From Selaginella moellendorffii (Eukaryota; Plantae; Lycopodiophyta), in contig NW_003314297.1 of the NCBI RefSeq assembly GCF_000143415.4, positions 800,723-864,722 on the forward strand: a stretch of 64,000 nucleotides of DNA. The letters run 5' to 3'. Below the pieces are notes generated by a model. The model ran no database searches, was not told the origin of the DNA, and saw only the letters and a program-made list of their open reading frames with translations. The position numbers and the translations under genes were made by a program. Each line of letters begins with the position of its first letter. Within the stretch, counting starts at the first letter, position 1. Of this stretch, positions 1 through 13,600 are shown in pieces.

Positions 1-2922
1 GCCTAAGGGATGCAACCACCATCTGCCATTTATATGTGGGATCAGCATAGGCCCTTTGAGCATACGGACCGAACACCTGATCTCGGACAAACTTGAATAT
101 GCCAGCGAATCTGAGAAAAACACTTAAAAGAAAGAAATAAACGAAATTTCAGTCTTACTTTTGGCCCTTGTGAGACTTGTCGGGGTCATTTGCCATCAGA
201 ACATTCAGCAGGTTCAAATATGAAATTGTAGAGGGATACTCTTCTTGCCTTGCCTCCACTTCATTCAGTTCAAACGTCATGTCGTAAACTTGTTGCACAT
301 TGGCTCCTCCCAATGTAGTGGCAGCTGACAGAGGAAGATCATAAGCATCCAGCAAGCTCCATACTCTGTCTCTTATAACTGGAGATAACGGAACAAAGGC
401 AGAGATTGCATTTCGCAAAGATCCCTGTGCAAATCCAGTATTAGTTCCGCATGACAACATTGGAAAACGCGACCTTCAAATACGGTGGAACATTTTCAAA
501 TGGGAGAAGCTTAAAAAGCGGTTCAATATCCGGGAACCAGAGTGACCTTTCCACCTCGCTACCAGCCTCCAAGACCTTGAAAAGAATGATCATACGTCAA
601 TATCACCAGCAAACTAGCGAAGTACCTTTTTCAAAACTTGCAAATAGGCGTCAAGAGCTTTGGCATCTCCCTCCTGAAAAGGAGGGAGAAAAGAACCGCT
701 TGTTTGAATGCAATGTCTGAAGTGCTCCTCATAGACATTGAGCGAATTAAAAAGCGTCTGCCAACTAACAGTACGGAAAGTCTTGTTCTGTAGCATCTGG
801 TACACTTGTCTAGCCCCTTCCTCACTGCAAGCCTGTAAAGGTTTTATGAAAACACAGTCGTGATTTTTTGGGCTTACCAATCCAACCAGCATCTTGAGAA
901 AAGCAACTAATGTAAGGTAGCTTGAATGGTCTTCGCTTATGAATCTTATGAAGTTCCAAAGAACTTCATTATCAGAAACAAGTGCTGGTTCTCTCTGATA
1001 AACAACAAATTCCGTAAGAGAACGTAAGAACAATGGAAAATCACCTGGTAGACTTCTGATATAAGCTCGAGCAAAGATATAAAAGGATCAGCTTGTGTTT
1101 GCATAGCTTGACGGCGTGTTATCAAATCATCCTCCATTGGCTCCTCGGTCGGATACGGATCAGAAAACATGGCGACATTCTTCAAATCTTTGATCTATTG
1201 AGGACGTCAAAAAGTAAATCCTAGAAGTGTTGAAGAACATTTGACGTACCTTCTCTCTGCCGATTGGATTGGACAAAAATATTATGAAAAGTTTGTGCAA
1301 ATAAGCATTGTACATGAACACAAGATCTGGATCATCATTCTGCCATGCCATATAAATAACCAGCCTCGCAAACATGTAAATAACCGTTACCTCGAAGGCG
1401 GCAGCTTTTAAAATTTTCTCAACGAGGAATTTAAAAACGTTCTGCTCGCAAGCGTGATCAAGACATGCTCGAGCATTTGTTATATCAGATTGTGATTCGT
1501 TGATTGAAATACCGCTCGTGTCAACGTTAGACATAAGGAAGACCCCCCATACTAGTCTAATGACATCTGTAAAACCTTTCGTTGTGCTCTCAAGCCCCAC
1601 CTCCATAACCTGAAGAAAAATCAGGAGAGAAACTATCTTGCAGAACTGGTACCTGATTATGGAACTCACGGCGAAATACAGCATCTGGCGAAAGCACAGA
1701 TCCCATCTCGTGACCACCACCGAGAGCGTCCGATATTAACGAGATTGCAAGGGTAAACATCACTGTGTACGCTATCTGCGACAGGGGATATTGTAAATGA
1801 TCAGCACGCATAGGAAGACACCTGAAGCTTGACGACGGATTGTGACGAAAATGCATCTCCCGAACAGTCCTTAACAAGACCATAGATGTCTTTTGCTTCT
1901 TGCGAATCTACAAGAAGAGAAAATAAACTACAGCAACAAAGACCTCAGAAACTTACTGATCCGAACAATAAGGCATGAAAAGACCAAACACTGGCATATG
2001 CTAAGCCGTTCTCTAAGCGCGACGTCATGACGTAGCACAAGAGCTCCCCTGGCATCCATAACGTAAGGCTCAACCCCTGGCCCGCCTAAGCCAGATGGAT
2101 CTTCGCGACCAAGTTCCTGTTAAGTGGCATATAGTCCCCGATGCGATACAAGTGACGCAAGGGTACCTTGATAAGTGTCACAAGTCGCTTGCGTAGTCCA
2201 GCGTCAATCAAACTCTCGATGTATTGTCGAAGATCAACGACCAAGTCTGGATCAAGCTCTTCGTCAAGCACAACGGCCTGTTCTGGCAAGAAAAGAACTC
2301 ATAAGAAAACAGACATTAACAAAGCCGCAAACTTTACTCTCAGAATAAGCTGCAAGGAGTTGATTAGCGCTCTTCTTTCCGTGAACCACAACCCTGCTGA
2401 TAGTCGGAGGCCCTCGAGAGGCTCACGTCCTAAGAGATTCCACTGCGCAAAACAAAAATTACGTACGTGAGACCCGCACAAACTTAAGGTCGTTTTTCAC
2501 CTCTTGATGAGCAGCGACGAGAAGACTCACGCAATCGATCTCATTCAAATGATAGTCGTCACTGAGTTTCAAAGCCTGCGATCAAAGCAAAGAACGTTAA
2601 AAGCTAAGAAGGACAACTCCCAGCATACAATTTGAACATCCTGATCGTCGAGCACGGTGGGCGGCGCGTCCGGCAGCTTCACTTCTTTCGATAAAACCTC
2701 TGTTCGATCGGCTGCCTTGGGCTCCTGACGCACATTTCCTCGGGGTTTAGGGCTTTGCGGAAGAATCTCTACGGTGACCTAGCTTACCGGATAGAGGAGG
2801 AATGATTCGAAGTCTGGGCGGCACAAATGCAGCATATGGAAGAGCTCCGTGCGCTGCTGTGGCGATGGCGATCCTGCCAGCGCCACCTCCACTGTGGATT
2901 GCAGGCGCCTGTAAGAAACCAT
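1..2922 (-). CDS. NUP205: Nucleoporin NUP205 (multi-exon; 3' part runs out of window)
   Basis: ATG at 2922 gives MVSYRRLQSTVEVALAGSPSPQQRTELFH, resembling the plant Nup205 N-terminus. Exons read WNLLGREPLE..GLWFTERRALI, FQEGDAKALDAYLQVLKKV and MTFELNEVEARQEEYPSTISYLNLLN. Many GT-AG introns of ~50-60 nt. Confidence 0.88.
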
Positions 2923-3112
2923 CGCGTCGAGAGTAATCCCTAGAACATAGTGAGGGAAAGAGAGCTTCGAAATCCAGGAGCTTTGGCTACTATATCAATT
3001 GGACGGTTCAGATCTTTCCACGGGGGCATTATCGACGGCCCAGAGCTCTTAAGCCACGCAACCTTAAAACTCCACTGGAAAATTCCAGATTGTAGGGTTT
3101 CTGGCTGGAAGC

Positions 3113-5033
3113 ATGCTGCGATCGCCAATCACAGTCGTTCTAGTTTCCGTGCTGCTGATCTTCTCGATTCCTGCGGAGAGCAAGGATCTCTACAAGGTAC
3201 TCGCACAGTCCTGAAGAATTTGCTGCTAGAAATTTCATTCTTCTCGTCAGATTCTCGGCGTGGACAAGAATGCTGATCAACGCGCAATCAAGAAGGCTTA
3301 CCACAAGCTCTCGCTCCAATATCACCCGGACAAGAACAAGGCGAAGAACGCGCAAGACAAATTCTCCGAGATAAGCAATGGTAAGCGTCATCCTGTGTTT
3401 TTTCTTTCAAGGGAGTGCGTTCTAACGAGGGTGTAGCTTACGAGATTCTTAGTGACGAGAAGAAGCGCAAGGAGTATGATCTCTATGGAGAGTCACCGCC
3501 GGGAGGAGGTTTTGGCGGCGGCGGCGGCGGTGGCGGTGGCTTCGGCGGTGGCGGTGGTGATCCTTTCCAGAGAGATTTTCAACAACAACAGCACCAGTAT
3601 GGCAATGCTCAGCATGAATACCAGCAGCGCTATACGTTCCACTCCGATGGACCGAATGGATTCAGTTTTGACGGCTTTAACTTTGGTGGCTTTGGGAGCT
3701 ACATGGACGACATGTTTGGGGGATTTTTTAAGAACTCGAATCCGGGCCCCGAGTTTGGATCGCAGCTACAGCAGTTAAGTTCGGCAGAGTTCACGAGACA
3801 AGTCCTCAATGACTCGGAAACCTGGCTGCTGCTCTTCGTTTCATCAACAGCGCTCGACCAAAGAACTCGTATCCTTGAAGAGTTTGCCAAGCACATGAAC
3901 GGGGTTATCAAGGTACGTGCAGTTTCTTTCTTTTACGTTTCATTTTTGTTTTCTCCCTTTGACGAATGTTTTGATGCAGGTAGGAATCATAAACTGCCAG
4001 AGTAACCAGCTCCTATGCAAGCAACAGCGCGTTTCGGTACTCAAAGAGCCTAAACTTTACATTTGTCCGTGGGTGCCATCCAGGAAACGATCCTTGGTTG
4101 AGTACACGGGTGAATGGAAAGTGAAGGCACTTGAGGCCTATAGTGTGGAGTTCCTTCCCAGACTTTCGACAAGGATAATTGGGGATGAGGAGGACATTTT
4201 CGAGAAAGACGACAACCTTCCCGGAGCCGTGCTTTTGACGAAGAAAAAAGAGACCCCGGCAATGTGGAGAGCCTTGAGCGGAATCTTCCATCAGCGCGTA
4301 GTATTTTTCGAGAAAAAGGCAAGAGATAGTTGCGTTTCGTGGTTCTAAAAACAGTTTTTACGTCCTCCCACAGGTACAGGATATATCCGACACGCTGGCA
4401 AGAAAGTTCAAAGTGACAAAACTTCCGGCGGTGGTCGGTGTTCTGGCAAATTCGGACGCAACCATTCTATCCCAAGGCCCGAACATCAAACCAGATGACT
4501 TGAAAGGGCTCCTCAAAGATCTAGAGACCAAACACAGACACGTTCGCAGGGAGAAACGCGAGACCAAGTCCAGTGACGGCATTTCGAAGCTGACCAAGGA
4601 AAACTTTTCCAGATTATGCTCCGAAACCGCACTTTGTGTCATCGCGGTCACGAGATCCAAATCCGCAGAGGAGAAGGCGAAAAAGATTCTGCTTGAGGTT
4701 TGTGTTGTCCGCGATTGAGAGCTTTCACAGGACTAAAGTTCCTTTGTTTCGCAGGTTTCTCGGAAGAACATCCAGCCCGCTAATAGATCTTCCTCGGTCG
4801 CTGTCTCGTACGTGTACGTGGACGGTGCTTCTCAGGCCAAATTCGTGAAGGCATTTGGAGACAAGAGGCTAGAGAAGCAAGATCCGGCATTGGTGGCTTT
4901 CAAGTTTCGAAAGAAGAGGTTTGCTACTCACACAGGCCCATTCACGTCAGCTGCAATTGAGAACTTTGTGAGCGAAGCTCTCAACGGCGAAGTGCAGTTC
5001 CAAAATGTGAAGAAAGAGCCATTGATCTCCTGA
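3113..5033 (+). CDS. ERDJ3A: ER-luminal DnaJ protein with thioredoxin-like domains (ERdj3A/TMS1-like)
   Basis: Signal peptide [23 protein letters not shown]; J domain ([36 protein letters not shown] motif); G/F-rich region; Trx-like segments; stop TGA 5031-5033. One GC-AG intron (4319-4373). Confidence 0.85.
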
Positions 5034-6706
5034 GAAACTCGTCTTCTCGCGAAGAATTGCACTCTAGCTTGTAATCTCCTTTTTGCCTCTTCCAGGATCG
5101 ATCAAGCACGCCGGTCAAGTAGAACGCATCAATCAACAGTCGATTACATAACTTGTACAAAGAAAAATATCCAAAAGTAGTGTACGGTAGAAGAATATGC
5201 ATTGAGAGGATTAACTCCAGATTTTAAGCAAAAGTTTTTTTTCAAACTTGACATAAATTCAAAGACGAAGTGTTTTTCTCGTCTTTGATCATTCTCAAAC
5301 TTCGAGCTCTTCTCGCAAGTTATTCTACTGGGATTAAACTTCCTTTTGTTTGGGACATCCAAGAAAATTTTTTAACTTCTTTCATTTCGGATCGATCAAA
5401 GCACACACCGGTCAGGTAGAACACATCGATCGATCAACAAGCACCACAATTGACGAACTTGCAAACGTGGCGCACATCGGCTGTGTCCGCGTGTCAAGGT
5501 ATCTGAACGGTTGGGATTCCATAAAACGCCGACGGCTGGAGATCTGCGGATGCGCGTAAACCACCGTTGGATACGACATCGACGTCTCGAGATCCAACGG
5601 CGCGAGATGGCCGCGCCAAGATAACGGGCCCGATGAAGCCAGCTTGGTAGGGATCAACGACATCGAGGTGGCCTGGGCGATCGACGGCGGCGGTGATTTG
5701 TAGCGCGGAAACTCGACGGTCTGGATTGCCTCAAGCGCCCAGCCGTAGGGCCTTTGTTTGCCGCCTTGAATGCTGTGTTGCATTGCCCTCTTTTCTCATT
5801 TCTTCTTCTTTCTCCATCGTCTCGGCGCCAAAGATCTCGTTCGATTCATTGGCACTGGCGCGTTGCCCGATCGGCGCGTGTGGAATTCGGATCCTCTTTG
5901 TGGCGATCCAGGGCTAGATCAGGCGGCGGGGTCGTTTCTTCTGCGGGATCGCCGGCTGGGGCGCCCAGAATTTGGCGCCGATTAGGCCTCGCACGGCTTG
6001 CCCTGGGCGTGGAGCGGCAGGAATTGGAGCATTTCTTGTGCGATCTGTGGCGGATCAGGGATTGGGCGCCGGGAGGGTTTACATTGAGCTGCAGGTCAGT
6101 CTCGGATCAGATCTATGTGATGCCTGCTTGCCGATCTGCCGTGTGATCTGTGCCGGATGATTGCGATTGCGGGATTATGCATTCCTGGGTGATCAGATCG
6201 CCGATCTTGCGCGGTCTTGGCACTGCTTGGCCTTGTAGGTCATCGTTTTGTGTGCGGACCTGCATTCTTTCTGCCTCCTTGGATCGTCGATCTCAAAGAT
6301 CGGGAGATCTTGGGTGCCTGGGCTGCCTGGGATTGTCTGTTTGGGTTTAGTTTGTGGATCTTGGGTCTTTCTAGGCAAAGATCGCCTATCTTTCTCTTAC
6401 GCTAAAGAAGATGCTTTGATGGTGTTTCCAGGATGCGCAAAAGCCCTTCTGGGTCCTCGTGGCTGGCCGACTGGAGCAGAGATCGATCCAAATGCGACGC
6501 TCTTGTCACGATTACAGGCTAGTGAGTTCTACAGTTTAGCGGCATCAACCGGGTTCTTTCCCTGGGGATCTTAAGCCTTGCATTAAGGTGGAAATGATGC
6601 GGTTTTCATTGCAATGACGATCTGCAGGCCTGGTGCCAAGAGATCAGCTTAAGATCTGGGGATCTTAGTAGGGATCTGTGAAAGTGAAGTAGCTCGTATC
6701 TCAACC

Positions 6707-7704
6707 ATGGAGAAGGTTAGCGTCACGTCTAGTACTACCGCGGGGGATTTCCCAGGAACTATGAAAAAGGTTGGTTTTTCCTCTCATTCTAGGCTGAGCC
6801 TCTACGTTTGCTTTCTTATTTCTTACTGTATTTTTGTATGGCTAAACTTCAGGTTAAGCACCTCATTGAGTCGGAGTATTCATCAATGGATGAAGATAAT
6901 GACTCGAAAGTCGAGATTGCGAAGCTCGGCGAGAGATCCGATGAGGAGTGGATCAAGCCCAAGCTCGAAAGAAAATCAGAGCTTTTAGACGGCAAAAGCC
7001 TGTGTGGACGGCTGGCGGTGATCACCTCACATTCTCCACCTCGCAATCACGCATCGGATGGCGCAGCTTCCTCGTCTGAGATGTCCCCTGGTGCAACCAG
7101 TCCGTCCAGGAGTTGTACGCAGTGTGGAGCGACCAAGACTCCACTCTGGAGAAATGGGCCTTGTGGTCCCAAGGTACTTAAATACTTTCCTTTTATCCTT
7201 TACGTTCTTCCAATCGGTGTAGAGATCTCTAACCTTGGGCTCTCTCCTCTTTTGGTGCAGTCTCTTTGCAATGCATGCGGCATTCGTTACAAGAAGGTTG
7301 GCAGCACTAAACGCACCTCGAACAGCAGCGATCCACACGAGCAGCCACAGAAGCTGTCGACAAAGTCTCCGAAGCGTAAGGCCGAGGCAGTGGAGGAGAC
7401 CGAGCGCTCACACGGCCACAGGAGGAGCCGGCTCGTCGTCCGCGGGGAGAAGCGCGAGGCCGTGGAGGAGAAGGCCTCGTGTAGCAGCAGCCAGGTGGTG
7501 TTTAAGCAGCAGTGCTCGTCCCGGCAGGCTCCGGTGCCACGGCGAGTGTGCACAAGGCGGTCGCTCCCCTCGGGCTTCCACACTCCAAAGTGGGGCAGCA
7601 GGTCCGCTAGATTCAACACGTTTAGGAAATCTCATCAAACCAAGGACGAGGAAGAAGGCGCGGCACTTCTCATGGCTCTGGCTTGCGGCCTCGTCAACGC
7701 GTAG
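6707..7704 (+). CDS. B-class GATA transcription factor with C-terminal LLM domain (GNC/CGA1/GATA15-17-like)
   Basis: 3 exons (6707-6769, 6852-7173, 7261-7704). Zinc finger CTQCGATKTPLWRNGPCGPK|SLCNACGIRYKK; C-terminus EEEGAALLMALACGLVNA. Confidence 0.9.
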
Positions 7705-8383
7705 CTCCTGAGAGGTACCTCCTTTTCTCTCTTCCACAACATCAATCCTTTCAAAGCTGTGCTGATCCATCAAGCCGCGTTCTACAGGAACACCTCTCTC
7801 AGCTCTTTCCCTGTGAAGCTGGAAGAACGAATCGAGATCTCAAGCGAGCTAGAATGAGTGGCAGGAGGATTAAAAATAACAAGAGCCAGCAATGATCTTT
7901 GCTTCCTTCACAACTTTTCGGGAACACAACACTATCTATTATCATGCAACATAAACTTATATATCATCTTCCATCCAAAAACAATGAGCCATTTGTATAT
8001 AGGTGGGTGCTTTGGTAGTCCTGCTCTTTTAACCACTGTCGTTCCTTCTATAGAAGAACTCCTTGTGCAGGCTTTTTGAGACTCTAGCTCTTTGTTCTCT
8101 TTTTTTTTTCCCTTCTAAACTACCTTAAGATATGAGAAATAACAGAAAGAGTGAGAGAGAGATGAGAAAGAGATGAAAAAAGGTTTGTTTTTCTTTTTTT
8201 TTCCTTACTGTATGAAGTTTCCAATAGAGAAACGTGATCAATTCAATATGTTGCTAAACGACAAACGGGATCCGATGCCTCCAATCGAGTAAAGATGCTT
8301 TCCTTGGCCTTTTTCCGCTGCTTTGTCGCTTTTATTGCGATCTGTACGAAATACCAATAAATGGTTTTGTGCCAGGTTTCGTC

Positions 8384-10099
8384 TCACCATTTGATCGCTT
8401 TGTTTGGGAAATACTGCCAAGAAGAGATCAAGATCCCATTTTGAGTGTTCTTGATAGAACAAAGAGAGAACTTAGAACTCACCTTGTCAATGAGTGAGAG
8501 GTAATATGGTTTTGCGGCTTCCACATCGACTCTGACTTTGCTCTTGCTGTAAAGGTCATACTTGCTGCAAACGACAGAACAGGGATTTGTCAGTAGAGTT
8601 TTCGCAGCTTAAGCCGCTAACCAGAGACTAGAAAAGCTTACTCTCGGTCTAGCAATCTAAGCTCTCTCTTTGCTTACTTGAACTCTTCGAGCCACGGGTA
8701 CATCTCGCGATCGAAGTCGTCCATAAACTGCTTGTAATCTCCAGCTCGATGCAAAGCTGCACGGAAACATAAATTGTAAGGCGACAACAAAACAAAGCAC
8801 AAGTGAAACAACTATGCGAATGCTCCACATCAACAAACTTCTGGAAAGATTCTCGTGCGCAGGCAATACAATATTACCGTAGAAGGAGTGGTACCGAATG
8901 ATAAAAAGAGCTTGTGGAGGCAAATTACAATCGTTTCGCTTGAGCACCTACAAAGTAAAGCTCGTTTAAGTGTTGTATAACTAAATAGTAAGAACAAGGA
9001 CGAGCATCACGAGAAAAGCAAAGTTTACCACACCTGATACAGATACTCGTCGTGGCCCCATGACATGACTATCTTGTCAAGTCCACAGCCTAGCTCGTAC
9101 ACGCCATTGCCGGTGTTAAACCTGGGGTCACGAGAATCTGGGTTTCTGTCAAAAAACTGTTCAAAAAGGTGAGAACTTTCTCCGAGATTTTTTCTTCTTC
9201 TTCCTTTCCTTGCTTGCTCAATCGAGATCTAAACTAAAAAAGCTACTCACCTCCGAGTGCACGATCGATTTGCTAAACGGGCATCCTAGCGGGAATGTAT
9301 CACCTGAGAGATAAAAGAAATTGTGAGTACGCTCGCTAGTTTACAAGCACGAACCCACGACAGCCCACTGCGGTTCTTCGCCAAACTTGGGGTGCAGCAA
9401 CACCTTGCCAAGGTCTGTCAGGATAAAAAAAGTTTAGAAACAACACGACGAAGAAGAAGAGTCAAGAAAAGCTGCGTGTCAAGAGATCATATCTATCTAT
9501 TTTTTACCGTGAATGAGGCCAGTTAAATGGAACCAGTCCTCGTTTGGATGATCCTTGCGAATAGCTTCCGCTGTTTGCAAGAGATGCTCGATTTGGGGCT
9601 CGTCCAGATCCGGATCGCTCTCGTCGACGTACTCGTTGAGAAGCTCGCAGCATTCCCAGATGCCCATCACGGCCTTGTCAAGAACAAGGTGTTTCTTCCT
9701 CATCTCCATTGCCTGCAGGAATGGAAGAGAAGAAGATATATACAATGCTCGTCAGTGACAAGCAGGATTTGCTACGATGATCCTTACGAAGTCATATGTT
9801 TGATTCGTATGGTTGATCTTATAGAAACTCTCCACTCCAGAACTCCGCTCGCTTTCTTTGTTATACTCCCTTCCAAGATCACAAACACACATCAGTGGAG
9901 CGAGAGAGATCGAGCTAAAACAAAACTAAAAGGAAAGTTATTATTACCGGAACTCGTGCCCAAACGCGTTCGCTCCAGGCTTCTCAAATGCTTGCATGGA
10001 TCCGATCATACCCTTGGCGATCTCCGCGTCGTCGGGAGCTGGATCGTCCCAGCTCCTGCGCGACGGATCGATCAATGCCGGTATCGCGTCCACTCCCAT
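8384..10099 (-). CDS. MIOX: myo-inositol oxygenase
   Basis: Exons encode [79 protein letters not shown] and YDLYSKSK; C-terminus YFPNKAIKW*. Confidence 0.93.
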
Positions 10100-10637
10100 C
10101 CTCGCGCCGGTTCTCCTCCCGCCCCGATCGATCGATCAAACCACAAGAAATAGGAAGACCTAAAGACCGCGTTCGCCAAAACACCTCGGACAAAAATATT
10201 CGCCTTGGGATGAGGGCATGTGCCAGCTTTGACTGGTCAGCCGGCGAGGCATGCTGACTCAGAGGATAGACATGCCGCCGTGGCCGCGATTCTAGGGCAC
10301 GTTTAAAATACTTAGATATTTTGTTATTTAGCAAGAGGATCTTCTTGGTTTGATTCCATCGCCCTTGGCGCACAATGCTCGAATCCGGGGCGGCCAATCA
10401 CAGCGCGCCTACCTTATCACCACACGATCGTCGCTTGTGGCTCACGAGCTCCCGTGACACGTGGAAGCTCGTATGACCATGGCTGGGGGTTGGAGCTAGG
10501 TTTTAACGGGCTGGTTGAGCGGGAGCGTCAAGCGATCGAGGTTTTGGGAGCTCCGGGGGCCATGAATCTTCCTGCATTGTGATATTTCGATCGGGGATCT
10601 CGATCGCGGGCTAGGGAATCGATCGAGATCGTCATTC
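10100..10637. promoter_or_regulatory. Divergent MIOX/CHLH promoter with light/clock motifs
   Basis: AGATATTTT (evening element, reverse) 10314-10322, CCAAT ~10393, CTTATC (I-box) ~10413, G-box CACGTG 10458-10463, GATC cluster 10588-10631. Confidence 0.55.
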
Positions 10638-13600
10638 ATGGCGTCTTCGCTTTGCGCGGCAGCGTCTTCGCTAGGAATTTTGTCAGTGCATTCTCACACT
10701 CGAGGCAGAGGTAATCTCTCTTAGCAGTCATTTTGTTCCATGGAAGCTGAGAATGCTGGATTGATTGGTGCAGTAGGAGCTGGATACGAAGGACTTAGAT
10801 ATTACAATGACCTCGATGATCATCTCAGAGCTGTGAGTTTCTTGCTATAAGCTAGAAGTATGATTGTTTTCCTTGAAAACTTTCACAGGACCTTTCAAGT
10901 CTATCGGCCGCGACAAGGATTCTTCCATCGACGCGTCCAAGCACGGTAAAGCGTCTTTGTCTTCTCTTTTCTTTCATAGCTTGACTTGATGTTCTTTGAA
11001 AAATGTGTGTAGAAAATCTCAGCAATGATGGGAAATGGTCTCTTCACTCAAACCAGGCCCGATGTGCGAAGGATCGTCCCGGAAGCCAGGCCGAGCACAA
11101 CGGTTGTCAAGGTGGTCTACGTTGTTCTTGAGGCACAATACCAGTCCTCACTCTCCGCGGCGGTAAGGAAGCTCAACAAAGCTAGAAACGACGTCCAGTT
11201 TGAGGTGGTAGGCTACTTGGTCGAGGAGCTCAGGGACAAGGACAACTACGAGATGTTTTGCAAGGATCTCTCCAACGCCAACATTTTCATAGGATCGCTC
11301 ATATTTGTCGAGGAGCTCGCGCAGAAGGTGAAAGAGGCGCTGGAGAAGGAAAGAGAAAGGATGGACGCTGTTCTTGTCTTCCCGTCAATGCCGGAGGTGA
11401 TGAGACTAAACAAGCTGGGATCCTTCGCCATGTCGCAGCTGGGACAGAGCAAAAGTGCCATCGCTCAGCTGATACGGAGGAAGAAGAAAGAAAACGGCGG
11501 AAGATTTGAAGAGTCGATGCTCAAGTTGGTCAGGACAATTCCGAAAGTTCTGAAGTATCTGCCATCCGACAAGGCTCAGGATGCAAGGAAGTTCCTTATG
11601 AGCTTACAGTTCTGGTTAGGAGGCTCGTCAGAGAATTTAGAGAACTTGCTGCTCATGGTTTCGGGGTCATACGTTCCAAGTCTCAAGGGGAAGGATTTAG
11701 CATATGGAGAGCCTGTAGTCTTTCTGGACACTGGGATATGGCATCCGCTCGCTCCTACGATGTTTGACGACGTGAAAGAGTACTTGAACTGGTACGGGAC
11801 GAGAAGAGACATGAGCGACAGCCTGAAAGATCCGAATGCTCCCATAGTCGGCCTTATTCTCCAGAGAAGTCACATTGTAACGGGGGATGATGGTCACTAC
11901 GTAGCCGTTGTCATGGGACTGGAAGCTAAAGGTGCCAAAGTCGTGCCAATATTCGCAGGAGGACTCGACTTTTCCATGCCGGTGGAGAGGTTTTTATACG
12001 ATCCCATCTCGAAGAAGCCACTTGTTCAGTCGGTGGTGTCGCTAACCGGATTTGCACTGGTCGGAGGGCCTGCCAGTCAAGACCACCCTCGAGCAGTGGA
12101 GGCTCTAACAAAGCTGGACGTCCCATATCTCGTGGCGCTTCCTCTTGTTTTCCAAACCACGGAAGAATGGCTTGGAAGCACGCTGGGTCTTCATCCAATT
12201 CAGGTGGCTCTTCAAGTTGCTTTGCCGGAACTAGACGGAGGATTGGAACCAATTGTCTTCTCTGGTCGCGACAGTCGGACAGGTACTGCTCAGCTTTGAT
12301 TTATTTGGTTTTCTAACGAACGTTTTCCTTTGTTTCTTTCAGGAAAGTCGCATGCTTTACACCATCGCGTGGAGCAGCTTTGCACCCGGGCTGTTAAGTG
12401 GGCCAATCTAAAGCGAAAGAGTGTGGTAAGCTTTTGTTGATTTTGTATCCCCACGAAAACGTTTAAAACGTGGACGACATGCAGGCAGATAAGAAACTCG
12501 CGGTCACAGTCTTCAGCTTTCCACCAGATAAAGGAAATGTGGGAACCGCGGCTTATCTCAACGTGTTCTCTTCAATCTTCAGTGTTCTAACGGATCTCAA
12601 AAAGGACGGCTACAACGTAGATGGTCTGCCAGAAACAGCCGAGGGCCTGATCGAGGACATTCTTCACGACAAAGAAGCGAAGTTTAGCAGCCCCAACCTG
12701 AACGTCGCATACAAGATGAGCGTTCGAGAGTATGAGAAGCTGACTCCGTATGCCAAATCTTTGGAAGAAAGCTGGGGTAAGCCACCAGGGAATCTAAACT
12801 CAGATGGTGCCAACTTACTCGTCTACGGGAAGCAATATGGAAACGTTTTTATTGGAGTGCAGCCAACTTTTGGATATGAAGGCGATCCTATGAGACTTTT
12901 GTTTGCGAAGTCTGCCAGCCCTCACCACGGTTTTGCGGCTTACTACACGTTTCTCGAGAGGATATTTGAAGCGGACGCAGTTCTCCACTTTGGTACTCAT
13001 GGCTCGCTCGAGTTCATGCCCGGAAAGCAAGTTGGAATGAGCGACGCCTGCTTCCCAGACAGCTTGATCGGAAACATTCCCAACGTTTACTACTACGCAG
13101 CAAACAATCCTTCCGAAGCCACTATTGCCAAGCGGAGGAGCTATGCAAACACCATCAGCTATTTAACGCCTCCAGCGGAGAATGCCGGTCTTTACAAGGG
13201 GCTGAAGCAGCTCAGCGAGCTCATTGCATCATATCAGTCTCTCAAAGACAGCGGCCGAGGAAACCAGATCGTTAGCAGCATCATAAGCACGGCAAAACAG
13301 TGCAACCTTGACAAAGATGTGGCATTGCCAGAGGAAGAAGTCGACTTAAACCCGGAGGAGAGGGACTTGGTGGTTGGAAAAATATACGGAAAGATCATGG
13401 AGATTGAGTCCCGGCTATTGCCTTGCGGCTTGCACGTCATTGGAGAGCCTCCGACTGCCTTAGAAGCTGTGGCAACGCTCGTCAATATTGCCGCTTTGGA
13501 CAGGCCAGACGAAAACATCTATGGTCTTCCTGGGATTCTTTCTTCGGCCGTTGGTAAGGATATGGAGAGCGTTTACAGGAACGCAGACAAGGGAAATTTA

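Noticed and set aside
5412-6574. Several ORFs upstream of the GATA gene
   Set aside because: GC-rich promoter/leader with no recognisable domains; no conserved uORF could be supported.
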